From Octopus sinensis (Eukaryota), in assembly GCF_006345805.1 (NCBI RefSeq), contig NC_042999.1, forward strand, positions 58,218,001-58,282,000: a stretch of DNA of 64,000 bases. Direction: 5' to 3'. Within the stretch, counting starts at the first letter, position 1. Every line of letters starts with the position of its first letter. Of this stretch, positions 40,186-54,064 are shown piece by piece. Below the pieces are notes generated by a model. That model saw only the letters and a program-made list of their open reading frames with translations. It made no database searches and had not been told where the DNA came from. Made by a program: the position numbers and the translations under genes.

Positions 40186-40810
40186 CGAGGTGCTATCAAA
40201 AAGTTCCTGGACTTTGTTTAATAAAACATAACTTATTTAGCAGTGTTTTAACACCATCCCCTTCGAAATAGTCACCTTGCGCAGCAATTCTCCAGTCCCA
40301 CGTTCCTATCACTTTTGAAATCCAGCCTGGAAGTCGTTTTCCGTAAGCGAGTCGGGGACCATCTGCGATTCGCTCAGGATCTCGACAACGGTGTTAAAAT
40401 AGCGACCTTTGAGCTACATTTTCATCTTGGGGGAAGAGATGGTCGTCTACAGGTGGTAAATCTGGTGAATAGGGCGGGTGCGGAAGCAATACCATGTTGA
40501 TTTTGACGAGGAGCTCACGATTGAGGAAAGCTCGGTGACAGGGTGCATTGCCGTTATGAAGAACCCAATTCTTCGTGCCCCACAGATCCGCTCACTTTCG
40601 CCGGATGTCTTCTCTCAAACGCCCCAAAAAGTCGCAGTAGAACTCTCCATTGATAGTCTAGCCTTGGGAGACGAAATCTCGATGTACAATACCACATTTC
40701 CGGGGATGACCATCGTGGTATGTCTTCCAGATCGCTTATCGTCCTCCAGGGACGCTCTTCCCCTGTTGAAGCACACGTGCCATTCGAAACATTGCATACG
40801 ACTCTAACTG
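40186..40810 (-). mobile_element. mariner (irritans-like) relic, 3' TIR side
   Basis: TA-CGAGGTGCTATCAAAAAGTTCC terminus, with FEWH..F..GRASLEDDKRSGR and C-terminal remnants. Confidence 0.75.
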
Positions 40811-40905
40811 CAGTTCAGATTAATATTGCTTCACATTTAGACCGCGATTATATAGTCATTATGAAAGTATAATATGGCGGTAACTAGGAATTATAGTGTT
40901 AGTAT

Positions 40906-41225
40906 GGAGGCGCAATGGCTCAGTGGTTAGGGCAGCGGACTCGCGGTCGGAGGATCGCTTTTTCGATTCCCAGACCGGGCGTTGTCTGTATTTATTGAGC
41001 GAAAACACCTAAAAAGCTCCACGAGGCTCCAGCAGGGGGTGGTGGTGACCCCTGTTGTACTCTTTCGCTACATCTTTCTCTCACTCTTTCTTCCTGTTTC
41101 TTGGGTAACTCTGCTACGGATTGGCATCCCGTCCAGCTGAGGGGAACACATACGCCACAGAAACCGGGAAAACGGGCCCATGAGCCTGGCTAAGCTTGAA
41201 AAGGGCGACGCTTATCGCTTATCGT
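40906..41225 (+). mobile_element. SINE B with alternative 3' tail
   Basis: Head as at 11765; tail as at 6570-6675. Confidence 0.88.
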
Positions 41226-41795
41226 TTATGCGGTGAATGGGCATTTATAAAGAAGAAACTTTTACTAATTGTGTGAATACAAAACATCAACATTTAGAAA
41301 TAATATCGCTGAATCCAAAATGATATTCCATTACAACTTCAATCAGAGATTAAAGTGAAGTTTAATAAATTCTTTCGTCAACGGCAGGAATCTATCGAAC
41401 TAATTTTATCATCACCAGAACTCAAGTCAGTGTGCCATTTGTGATTTTCACAGCGGTTGTAATTACGTCAGATGTGAGACTCATACGTATGTAAGAAATA
41501 AGAATAAGATGAAAAGGACAACAGAAGAAGAAGGAGAAGGTGAAGAAGATGAAGAAGAAAAAGAAGAAAATCCATTGCTATCGAACTTTATTAAATAAGC
41601 TTGAAGCGAATCGTGATACGAAAAGAGAAAGAACGAAAGAAGAAATACAGAAAAAAAACAGAAAATAATGAGGGACATAAAAAAACTAAAACAGGAAAAA
41701 AGAAAAAAAAAGAGAAAAAGAGAAAAAGCAAACCTCAAAATGACGTAAAAAGGTTTCATAGAAGTGTCTGGAAGAACATAAAAATCACTTTTATG

Positions 41796-41835
<40 letters not shown>

Positions 41836-41892
41836 ACACACACACACAACCACACACACACCACACCACACCACACACACACACACCCCACA

Positions 41893-41934
<42 letters not shown>

Positions 41935-42034
41935 AAAATATGAGTGTGTGCAGCGTGTGTATTTATATATATATATTTATTTATACACATGCATAAATAT
42001 ATGCAGATATATGATGTGTCTATGTATGTCTGCG

Positions 42035-42088
<54 letters not shown>

Positions 42089-42090
42089 TA

Positions 42091-42148
<58 letters not shown>

Positions 42149-42318
42149 CGTCCGTCTAACTGCCTGTCTGTCTGTCTGATTGTCTGTATGCCTGGTTGTC
42201 TGTCTGTCTCTTTAGACGATGTAGTTAGTAGTCCTTTCTGTCCCCTCTCTGTACATATATTTAGTGAGTGACTGAAAGTGTGTGTGTAAATGAGAGAGAG
42301 AGAGAAAGAAGGAAAACG

Positions 42319-42370
<52 letters not shown>

Positions 42371-43013
42371 GTGTGTTATACTTAATGCAAAGTACCTCGT
42401 AGAAAGGTAAATTTACTGTGCTATTATTCTAGATAATATCTCTCGTGGATGTGCCGTGTTTAAAAACACTATATAATTCGGATGTTGAAGAAAATCGTCC
42501 AGTAGCAGCAGCAGCAGCTTCAGCATCATAAGCAGGAATAGCAGCAGCAGTAGCAGAAGCATCCACAGCAGCAGCAGTGAGTGAGAATGCCAGGTGCATT
42601 TCATCCTCGTTGAGCCTTGTCAATGGGGCATACCAGCCGTCAACCTCATGCCTAGACAAAAGTTGTCTTCTCCAACATAGAGGAAAACAACGGAAACCAG
42701 TCATTGGTATTGCGAAGAACTGCCATGCTGAATAAAAATCCATTGTATGCAAAAATACAATAGAAGTTAAAACAGCCGTATGTGGTTGCTGTCGTTGTGC
42801 TGATGTAAGGTACATACCAGAGATAAAAATTTTGGAAATATTGTTTGCAGAGTTATTGTACAACAAAAAGAGAAATTGGAATTTTTTTGGTATTATATAT
42901 TCACCGTTACATGTGTTTCATTTGCTAATAGGAATTACAAATACTTACATGTTACATGAACATGTAAAAGATTTTCTATTTGAATATCTTTAGACAGAGA
43001 ATGCATACATAAT

Positions 43014-43088
<75 letters not shown>

Positions 43089-44023
43089 CATACATATATA
43101 CTCAAACATATATATACATATGAATATAGGTGTCTAGATATGTATATATATATAAATATTTACATATATATATATACATATACATATCTACATACACATA
43201 CATATTTTTACTGTACACATCTATCTCTGAAATTATAGATACAAAAATGTTTAGTTCATTGCATATATGTACTGTAGTTACAACTTCGAAAATACGCCTT
43301 TTTGTTATTTGACTGAGAGCAGTTTTATGCTGTATGTGTGTCTTAGATAACTGAGAAGTGTAATTTCTTATAGTTAAGAATGGTGGAGAATGAAGCCGTT
43401 AGCATCAGTTAGTGAATAGAGTGTCAAAATTCTGCTTCATAGATCGAATATTCCCCTTCTGTCATCACATCTGTTTTGTCTAACTACTAATGATAATTAA
43501 AAAAAAATACCGAGAGACGCTGCTATAAAGCATTCCAGTGTGAATTTGTCATTATCGAAGATGGAACCACGAAATATTTTAATTACACTGCTAATGAATG
43601 TGAGCAAAGCATGGTTATTGTGTACTCAGGTGTATCGGATGTTGACAGAAGTGAGTTAGGAGGATTATCAGAAAAAACACAAAACAGATATTTTACTGCA
43701 AAGTCATGGCCTTCATCAAATTTGACTTTGTTCTGTTTGTGAAGATCCTCATCGTGCAGAGGGGAACCTGTGGATGTGTCTCAAGAGATTTCTGCAAGAA
43801 GTTGTCAATACATTTTCCCAAGGAAAACGATACAGTGTGCAAGTCATCGAGTTGACGTCTTATTGACTGTATGACATAACGAGCATAAAAAAATAGCCAC
43901 TTTAAACTTACTGCACATCAGAGATACGTTCGCTTTTTGATCTAGGAAAAATTATATACACTCATTTTCATGGGTCCTTGGAAAAATAAGTACCATCACA
44001 TTTTATTAAAAAAAGTTATTACG

Positions 44024-44070
<47 letters not shown>

Positions 44071-44112
44071 CAACAATAATAGTAATAATAATAGTAATAA
44101 TAATAATAATAA

Positions 44113-44342
44113 ATGCCCTGATGCAGTACCAGACAGTGGCTCTCATGTCTTCTGATCTTAACTTGATTGGAAGTGTTATCATGTACATTGTTTTGTATTG
44201 TTATAAAAGATGGGCTACAGCAAATATTATGCTCAAAACCACAAATTTGCTTGTCAATTGTTTGACCATAACCAGTTGACCATGTCCCATAGTGGCTGAC
44301 GATATGTGCATCTCTGATCATGAGCAGAAGTAGTGGAGGAGC
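44113..44342. repeat. Unclassified non-coding interspersed repeat, copy 1
   Basis: Clearly similar to 45016-45235. Preceded by (TAA)n at 44028-44112. Confidence 0.75.
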
Positions 44343-44344
44343 AC

Positions 44345-45010
44345 AAGATCAAGCATTGAAGACTAACTGAATAAATGCCAAGACAGACAGAAACCAAGTA
44401 GATTCTCAGTGTAGGCTGTGCAAATCAAAAGAGGGAAGCGTTACTCATATAGTAAGTGAATGTAGTATGCTAGCAGAGAAAGAATACAAGAAAAGACATG
44501 ACAATCTAGGGAGAGTAATCTACTGGGAGCTATGTAGAAAGCTAGGATTTGAACATACTGATAAATGGTCTGAACATGAACTTAGTAAAGTACTAGAAAG
44601 TAAGAAATATAACATGTTGTGGGACTTTAACATTCAGACTGACAGAGTAATAGAAGTTACATGACCTGTGCCAGATAATTGATTTTACAGTCCCAAATAA
44701 TGAACAAATCAAAATGAGGGGTATTAAAAAGATAGGGAAGTACCGAGACCTAGCCATTTAATGACAGAGACTATGGAAAGTGCGGGTAAAATGTATCCTA
44801 GTAGTTAAAGGTGCATTGGGAGCAATCCCTAAATATTTGAACAGATGGTTAGAGGAAATAGGCATAAAACTCAGTTTAGTACAGCTCCAGAAAACAGCGT
44901 TATTAGTGACTTCTAGGATACTTAGGAGGGTTCTTCACATCTAAGGTCACTTGTTGTAGCCCGATGTCAGCATTTTTCTTTTCCAACAGTCTGATCTGTT
45001 GTGTACATAT
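44345..45010 (+). mobile_element. R4/Dong-like RLE LINE 3' fragment
   Basis: DQALKTN, CRLCKSKEGSVTHIVSEC, KRHDNLGRVIYWELC and LWDFNIQTD. Confidence 0.85.
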
Positions 45011-45015
45011 GAACT

Positions 45016-45500
45016 AGGCAGTGGCTCTCATCGCTTTTGATCTTAACTGATTGGCAGTGTTATCATGTACATTGTTTTGTCTTGGTATAGTAGATGGGCT
45101 ACATCAAATATTCTGCACAATATCACAGATTTGCATGTCAGTTGTTTGACCTTAATCAGTTGAGCATGTTCCTTAGTAAATGACGATATGTGCATCTCTG
45201 ATCACAAGCAGAAGTAGTGGAAGAGCATCATAGCCATGGGGTTTGGATAATTCCCTTTTGGAAACATGTGTTTCGTTCAACATCCTTAAACAACCCTTAT
45301 TCAGGAACCTTTTGAGCGGGATGAGCCACCTGCATGGTCATGCGCTGTTTATCTTGATATTAGATCACCATGTCGCGAACATATGGTTGTGTTGCATGTG
45401 CATGGTGTACCCTTATCAGACGGGTAGTCATGATGGGTATACTGAGTTTTGTATATTTTACCTTAGTGTCACTTTGATGGCATGCACTGCTCCCTCACTC
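45016..45500. repeat. Unclassified non-coding interspersed repeat, copy 2
   Basis: Similar to 44125-44342 and continues about 260 bp into (AAC/AAT)n. Confidence 0.75.
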
Positions 45501-45559
45501 AACAACAACAACAACAGCAACAACAATAGCAATAATAATAATAATGATTATAATTGGCT

Positions 45560-45770
45560 AGTAGTAAACAAGTTGATGTAGACCAGAAGCAAGGTTTTAA
45601 CGCCTGTAGAGTATAAATCAAGACATGACAGAGTTGGGCCAATACCTACATTGGATAATGTGTGGGCATTATAAAGTCAAAACTGCAACTGCTGACAAAT
45701 GGTACAAGCACTACTCTGAGGCTGTAACCGAGGGAGAAAATGTAACTATTCTTTGGGACTTCCTAGTCTA
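45560..45770 (+). mobile_element. R4/Dong-like LINE fragment
   Basis: EYKSRHDRV..YLHWIMC..KWYKH..ENVTILWDF. Confidence 0.75.
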
Positions 45771-46325
45771 CTTGCTCGACACTCGGTCTCGGGACTCTTT
45801 TTTGTAACAAACTGCCATCGCGTATTTCTTCTGCGGCGGCCTCTTAGTAATGTTTAGCAGTTCTCTGTGATTAGAAAAGCAAATTGTTGATAATAATTAT
45901 TGTTTGTACCGTGTAAATTAATATTTTCACTTGTTCAACTTGCGCTATTTTTTCGTTTGACAAAGTGTATGCGTGTGATTAAGTGAATTTGTTTCCTCTT
46001 TCGTATCAGTTTTTACTCTGTGTTGTTAAACTCAGAGTTTGTTTTCTCGGGGGCATTCCCAGCTGCTTTAGCATGTGCAGTCATAAGGAAAAATGATGTA
46101 AACACAAAAATTAGAATGTATGTCTAAAAACATATTCTGTTATGTCTACCCCAGGTATGAGGCAAATATCCACATGTTCTTACGGTTCTCTGTTTGAAAA
46201 GAATCCGAAAAATAGACAACTTTTCATTCAGTAAACTTGGCAAAATTCCACATTCAAACAGAGCGAGAAATCACACGTCTGTTCGCGGCAAACACCACCA
46301 CCACCAACAACAACAACAACGATAG

Positions 46326-46373
<48 letters not shown>

Positions 46374-46530
46374 TGATAATAATGATAATAATAAATATAA
46401 TAATGATAATAATAATGATGATGACGATAATGAAGTTGATGAGGATGATGTTGATGGTGATGATGAGGATGACGACAACGACGACGATGATGATAATGCT
46501 GATGATGATGATGATAATAATAATAATAGT

Positions 46531-47390
46531 CAACCAGAGAGAAGAAAATCAACAGAGCATGGAATTTCATGGTCACTTCTACCGTGAAACTAACAAATTA
46601 AAAGACCAGGAAGAATCATGGAGGTGGCTCGGCAAGAGTGACCTAAAAGCGAAGACTGAAAACCTAATCATCGCTGCCCAAGATCAGGCATTGAATACCA
46701 ACTCAGTGAAAAGGGATATATACCACACAAGTGCAAAATGTGTGGGAAGAGAGTCGAAAGCGTGATTCATGTTGTTGGTGCTTGTGAAAGTCTTGTGCAG
46801 AAAGAGTACAAGCGTAGACACGACAAGGTACTCCAAAGCTTTCACTGGTTATTATACCGGAAGTATGGATACGAGGTAACGGTTGCTTGGTACAAACATA
46901 CACCGGAAAAGGTAATGGACGAAAAGGGGAAGGCAAAAATCCTCTGGGACTTTGACTTCCAGACAGACAAGGTGTTAGAGCACCGAAAGCCGGACATAGT
47001 AACCTTTAGCAGAGACAAAGAAGAGTGCATAATAATCGACATAGCAGTGCCAGGAAATCAACATATTATTATGAAAGAAAGAGATAACTATGGAGACCTG
47101 AGAATTAAGATCGCCAAGATGTGGCAGCTACGAGCGTCAAACTTTAAGGTTGTTCCTGTTGTCATCGGAGCATTGGGTTCAATACCACCCAACTTGAAAA
47201 GAAGAAGAAGAAGAAGAAAAAGAGAACAATCTGGAAACTCTAGAAATACCCTACAATCTAGGTGTATTGCAAAAATCGGCATTACTTGGAACTGCACGCA
47301 TATTGCGTAGAGTACTGTCTGTCTGAAGTCCTTGTTGTGACTTGACAGACAGTTCAAACCCTACGATACTGGATACTGTGCGACGTCTTA
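46531..47390 (+). mobile_element. R4/Dong-like LINE 3' fragment embedded in (AAT)n
   Basis: FHGHFYR, IAAQDQALNTN, YKRRHDKV, LWDFDFQTDKVLEHRKPDIV and IIDIAVP. Flanked by (AAT/GAT)n at 46310-46528 and (TAA)n at 47392-47430. Confidence 0.9.
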
Positions 47391-47559
47391 TATAATAATA
47401 ATAATAAATAATAATAATAATAATAATAATAACTGCTTCCATTATAAGCACAAGGCCGAAAACTTTGTGAGTGCGATCTCAGTACTTAAATGGTTTTATA
47501 TTTTAGCGCCTCCACAAGGATGAAATGCAAAACTGACTTTGGCGGGATTTTGAACCCAG

Positions 47560-48400
47560 ATGTGCAGTACTTCTGCACCTGTAGGGTTTATCTCGATCCA
47601 GCCAAGGAATACGAGAAGTTTCAAAGTCTCCGAGAGAAAGATCCTCAGAACAGACGAATCAGCTTATTCTAGCCGACACACTGAGTTTCTCCGATAACAT
47701 CCCTACTTTTCTCAACCAGTATTCCTTAAAGAAAGCTACATATGGAAGCTACATCTGTTTCAGGGAATAACTTGTAAAGGGCTAAGAGTACCCGACAACA
47801 TTCCGGATGCCAGAATCCGATCTTGGCCTTCACTTGATCTAAGGTTAACTCATTAAAAAGACGAAAGATGTACCTGGAAAACAGTGACCACAGCTTCTCA
47901 CCATCCAAGAAACTCTGTAGGCGTTGCAATGTCTACACACCATTAGCTGCGGTACATCGAACCCACAAAACACAGGGTGTTAGCAGCAGATAGAACATCT
48001 ACCCAGTGGGATGCGTTATTTCTACAAGAAGAGAAAAAATAGAGATTCCAATTTGGTTAGACGACAACTAGGGTAAGCTACATCTCATCACGCGATCATA
48101 ACAACAGAGGTGATGTATGCGTTCGTCACCTCTGACCGACATTTCAGTGATAGTTTTCGTTCAGCCTATTTCTTGGCGAGAGTGGCCAATCAGCTCGCAT
48201 CCTCTTACAAGTTTCCGTCTGGTTGGAGGTCTTGACTGAAGTAGACTTTCCTGGTAAAATTAACTGTTAGATGTTCCAGTTCACTGAGACGTTGGCCGTC
48301 TTGGACTTAAGTTCCAAGTTGTATTTGCTATAGTTTTTAGTCCTTCAGTTTCCGCGGCAGCGGATCGAGAGTCAGCAAAAAACGGTGTATATGATTCCGA
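47560..48400 (-). mobile_element. Tx1/L1-clade ORF2 relic
   Basis: EVTNAYITSVV...CRLTKLESLFF resembles AEVTNVFIASVI...LLSKLE at about 23000. Includes the ORF at 47726-47929. Confidence 0.7.
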
Positions 48401-48597
48401 ACAGTTCTGATAGGTGGCCGTTTAGTATGACAACTAAATAGATGTGTGTATACATACATACATGCATACGTGCATACATGCATACATACATAATGCATAC
48501 ATGTGTGTATGCATTCATACATGCATGTATGCATAAGTACATTCATACATATATACATAAGTACGTACGTACGTATGTATGCGTGTGCGTGCATATT

Positions 48598-48630
<33 letters not shown>

Positions 48631-48635
48631 TGTGT

Positions 48636-48679
<44 letters not shown>

Positions 48680-49239
48680 CATACAAGTACGTACACAAAC
48701 ACATATATAGGTATTGACAATGGGAAATTGCTAACGTATCTTGACAACCCTGTAGTTTTTGGCATCCATCCAGTATGCCAGTTCTGTAGGCTGGAATGAG
48801 ATGAGCAGAGGAAGTAAACATCATGAGATTTTGGCGATTAGGCAGGGAATTAGAGATAACAATAAAACGAGCCGAACACGTGTACACACGCAAACTCTCT
48901 CTCTCTCTCTCATACACATACGCGCGCGCACGCATATAAGCGTGAGGGAGTACTGTTACACGGTACCGTATAGACAAAGATAAACACACGCTTTTAAACA
49001 TGTTTTGTTACATGGAACACATGTATTCCTTTACAGTCACACAAACATGTACATTCACTCACATTGTGTCTATATGAAGGGATATGCTTAAAAAGGTGGC
49101 TTCAGTCAAGCTGAAGAATCAGAAGTGAAGCACCATTGCTGCCAAGCAAAGTGGCATAAAACTGGCAGAGGTTTGACCAGCCACTTGACTTAAAGTACTA
49201 TAGGGATCGTGGGAAAAGGAATGTTGTGTAGTATGTAGT

Positions 49240-49730
49240 TGTTTGTTGAGTATCTCTCTATCCGCTCAGTCGAAGTCGACTCTCGGTTATTCGATGGATC
49301 AGTGTCCTCCAGCCAGTTCTATCCTAGGTCGCTTCTTTCAGATTGGCTATGTCCATTCCCGTGTTCTTGGTCGGCCTCTTCCTCTCTTGCCACTGACTAT
49401 TCCGAGCATAATGTCCTTCTCCAGGGATTTTCTTCGCATAATATGACCAAAATATGCCAATCTATGCTTGGTGATCCTAGCTTCTAGCGACAGTTTCGGC
49501 TTGATCTGGTTAAGAACTTCTCCATTGGTGAGCCTCGCTGTCCATGGAATCCGTAAAAGTCTTCTCCAACACCAAAGCTCGAATGCATTAATTCTCTTCT
49601 GGTCAGCTTTCTTTAGTGTCCAGGTCTCGCATCCATATGTTGCTATTGGGAAGACGATTGCATTCACCAATCTGCATTTGGTAGCGAGTCTGATGTCTCT
49701 ACTCTTCCAGACCTTGCTCATACTGAGTAA
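49240..49730 (-). mobile_element. RTE-clade (BovB-like) LINE 3' fragment
   Basis: KCRLVNAIVFPIATYGCETWTLKKADQKRINAFELWCWRRLLRIPWTAR...YFGHIMRR...RGRPR. Confidence 0.92.
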
Positions 49731-49759
49731 GTTGAGTAAGTACACCAATTATCACATTT

Positions 49760-50830
49760 ATGATTTAGATATAAGAGCTATACATTTCGAAGCTGTTGTC
49801 CGTAGTTATCCCCCTTTCTTTTTGATTTTCGAAGAGATATTCACATAAGCGGGGCTAATGTCTCAAACATCTATATCCGGCTTGTTATATTTGCATTTGG
49901 TAGAAGTTATGATGGGAATGCTCCACCAATATTTCTTGTGTTGCTGTTTATGTATTCAATAACAATGGTATTGTCCATATTTATTCCAAGGCAGTCTCTT
50001 TCTCAGATGGCATTGTATATTGTTTTAGTAACATGGCATGCTCGCTTGGAAGATTGTACCTTGATGACATTTTTGGGTAGCTGTTAATCACATGTGTGAT
50101 GTCTTCCACGGAAATGTGACATAATGGACATTTTCAATTGTAATTTGGGGTTCCAAGAACTCCACCGTCTCTTTTGTTCTTTATGTATATTGTAGCAATC
50201 TCCTACCTTTGGATTGCAAATGCATGGTCTTCGAAGTGTAATGTGTTGTAGCGATAACACCTCAAGATGATACATGTGTCATCTTTAAATATTTAGGAAT
50301 CATTCGCATGCGTAGTCTATTTTCTTTTGGTATGCTGAGTGTTTAACATACCGTTCTTCTTTGAGGTATGTTAGCTGTTTTCGAGTTCTCTGGGAGGTCG
50401 TCAGGAAGAGAGTACTTCTTGAGGAGTTCACTACTGATTCGCAAGCGCAATGTTTATATATTTTTCTGCCGCTATTGTCTAGCAGGTGCTATCTGCGAGA
50501 CACTATATGACATTTGATGGCTGTTTGTTCTGATATCTCAAGGTTTTACCTCTCTCATCTTTTTTTCAGACAGAGCCTGCCGATATCACAGCAGTCTCAG
50601 TTACCGTTTGATGAAAAGATCTTGAGGACTTTAATGTCTACGGAGTGGATGTCCTTTACAGACCAGCCGAGTATCCCCAATCTCGGTACCAGCACTGGAA
50701 CTGCAAATGCATTTTGGGATACTATAGCAGTTCCAGCTGCTATATTTTTCTAGGTCTGGTATAATACTCTCCGGTTACTCTATCTGTGTTCACAGTCCCT
50801 TCGTGTGATATATTTATGAGTAAGTAGATC
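49760..50830 (-). mobile_element. Highly degenerate RLE (R4/NeSL-like) LINE fragment
   Basis: NAFAVPVL...GILGWS..DI..VDIK, KCPLCHISVEDITHVINS and YNKPDI. Confidence 0.65.
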
Positions 50831-51132
50831 TTAATTTAAATGTAAGCACAAAGTGGAGTGAGAAGAGTACTTATATCGTTGTATTGATTGTATTGTATCG
50901 ATGTTGATGGCGTTATCGATATCAGCCATAATCACACAAGTGAAATTCTACGCGGTGAGACATTTATTTTGTAATCCGGTCTGAATAACGTTAAGTTGGT
51001 AAGTAAAAGGTATTTAATTAGAACAGAACAAATAAACCAGGTACTTAAATTGGGTGAGTTGGCAGAATTGTAGGAAGTAAATGTTCAAAAAGACATTTTA
51101 AACACACCTGTAAGCTTGACGTTGACGGCACC

Positions 51133-51163
<31 letters not shown>

Positions 51164-51320
51164 TGTATGTATGTATGTATGTATGTATGTATGTATGTAT
51201 GTATGTATGTATGTATGTATGTGTGTATGTGTGTGTGTGTATGTATGTATGCGTGTATGTATGTATGTATTTTTGTATGTATTTTTGTATGTAGTTATGT
51301 ATGTATGTATGTATATATCA

Positions 51321-51720
51321 GGTCACTTTCGAGTGCTACTGGTAACATGTAACCCAGTACTACCTGTTGCATGGTCGGGTCGTCGGCGACTAAACCGGCA
51401 ACCCCACCAAGCTCGCTTGGTGAGGATGGTGTTTATTGATCACCCTGCGGGATGAAAAAACAAAACCCGTCAAAGGGCGGAGGAACTCTTGAGAGTCAAC
51501 GGCCATCCAATAAATGTCTTAAAGCTGTATCATGCGCGGGGACATAGAAATAATCGGATTGAATACCCGATCGCGCAGTTAAACCATTGGGAGTGAAGGA
51601 CTCCTAGCCTTTATCAGGGCATCCTTCTAGGAGAAGGCAACTCAGGTAACTGGGATAACTCCGACATAAAATCTGCAGCTCAGTGGTTACCGATGATGTT
51701 GACTTGTTCTTCTTTTCGGA
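51321..51720 (+). mobile_element. RTE-type 5' UTR fragment without ORF
   Basis: GGGCATCCTTCTAGGAGAAGGCAACTC motif typical of RTE 5' UTRs. Homologous to 63460-63861(-) and follows (TATG)n. Confidence 0.55.
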
Positions 51721-54064
51721 TTATGGCTGCTGTTGCTTACACGCATACACAAATGCAAATGTTGACTGCAGTTATTGCCTCCGTTTAGTTACACACATAC
51801 ATATATATATATATAATTATGGACACATACACACTAGTACAGACAAATACAGACCCAAACGCCCCCCCACATACACACACAAACGCACGCACACGCATAC
51901 ATAAAGACAAAAACACACATAAACACACAGATATTCGTGCAAGAATACGCTTACATACTTTACTCACGTGTCAGACATATGTCTGCACTAAGTACACAGA
52001 CGTGGAGACACCCACGAATTCCTGTTTGGCATGCAACCATAGTAAGTTGTTATACACATTTCAACGAAGAAAACCGTTTTTTTTTCTTAGAGAATGATAT
52101 TTTCGCTATTGAACATTGTAAAAGAACGGTGATAGAACGTAAATACGATTCTATTATGCTGTTTGAATGTTAACGAAAGAATTTGATTCTTAGAGACCAG
52201 CTGTTATTTTATTGAAGAAGTTTAAAGAATAAGTTAAGAAACACACACACACGTATACACACACACATATTGTTTGCCCGTAAAATCTATTAAAGCACCA
52301 ATTATATAGAGTATATCCACGTCTTTCAACACGAACAATGTTTGCGGAACATTCTAATTAGAAAAAAAAACCCTAACAAAAACAACAAAAAAACTTTCAT
52401 TAAATTCAAGCAAAATAGACCTGCTACAATTCTCTTCAAAACTAAAGCTAAAAGTCTGCACTGTTCTTAGCTTTCAGCACCTGTTAGTCATATCCAACGG
52501 ATATTATCCGCTTGATCTTTATCGCCAGATAAAATATAAACAAGCTAACGAGATCAACATGTGGAGATAGATTCGTATCTAACATCTGGCTATCTTATAC
52601 TCCAACCTCGTCCCAATAAAAGCTTGCAATCGTTTTTTTTTATGGTCCTTTACTAATCTCGGCAGCTGAACACATTGTTTCTAATTCAAAATCCATCATA
52701 CACCTAAAAAAACCATTTTCTTGATTCCCAAATATTTAATATATCCTTCTATCATCTAAATCCCTTCTAAGTTCAACTCATTTCAGTGAAAGATTTTCCT
52801 TCTAACAACACACGATCTCAGATCAGGTCACTTGCTATGCAAGTACATCTCCGAAATTTTCCTTCTAATCTCAGCAAATTCACAAATGTTTGTCTGACCA
52901 CATCTCTGAAGCACTCTCACACGTGAGTATCTACATGGTAGCTCAAATTGCAATAGCAGCTAAATTTCTCGCAAATTACATTCCACTGCTTTGAAAAAGA
53001 AAAAAAAAAAGGAAAAAGAAAATGGGTGGGAATGAACACATTTGACAATATAGCGCTAGATAACTCCTAAAAGACGGGAAGGTCATCGATGAAATATTTT
53101 TGATTATGGGCCTGTTAGATCAAGGTTGACCTGAGAATAAATACCGCATCGACGACGACCAGCACCACTACCGCCACCACCGCCGCCGCCCCGCCACCAC
53201 CACCAAGAACACCACCACCACCACCACCACCACCACCACTATCACTACCACCATTGCCACTACCACCACCACCACTGCTACTAGCAGCAGCAAATGCAAA
53301 AACATCGACTCTCAACTTTCATTCTTCACAATTTTACGAAGCTGAGCGCGAATCCCCAAACTTTCGGAAATACGAATGCACGCGTGTGTTCTGTCTCGAG
53401 CAAAGAAAACGCAGATTTATCGTTCCAATCTCAGACATTTCTAAACGATCGAAACCATTAACAGTTACCGTATACGCATCTTTTAATTTGCTTAGCAACC
53501 ATCATACTGGTTTCTAATGAGCTAAACAAATGGGTATAGTTCCTCTTATCTCCTTTATAAATTTTCTAAAGTTCTCAAAGATATCAAGGAAATCAAACTT
53601 CTTATTTACGACATTAGGAGCAAATTCTCTAAAATATCTGACACTAAAATATATTATGCAAACTCCGTGCCAATACGAACAGAGATTTACTTTACAGCCT
53701 AATGGTTTGGCGATCTGAAGAAAGAGACTATGATTTAATTTCCGGTCAGTTTCACGTCTGTCATTGAATTGTCTTTATATGCCAGTTAGATTAACAAAGG
53801 AAGTGTTCAGTGCTTTGCCCAAGGCCACGTACCAATGTTAGTTATATGATACCAATTCACAATCAAGAAGCAGACTCTTCATTACTCAGATAACGCGTTA
53901 CACTTCTAAAAACAGAAAATTTCACTTTAATTGAATGCAACGTAATATATCATATAATATTATGATACATTGTAGAGAACGAGGTTAGCTAGCAGCGAAC
54001 TGAAATGGCAGCCTGCTTCCGACTCCCTGTTAAACTTCGTCACTTCACTAGCCTGTTAAAGTTC

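Noticed and set aside
42429-42866. 145-aa minus-strand ORF
   Set aside because: A third of it is a (GCA)n repeat, the rest is unrecognised, and there is no independent support.
47600-47650. Minus-strand CTGAGGA...GAAA...TA
   Set aside because: No stem I or II pairing; it lies in a Tx1 ORF2 relic.
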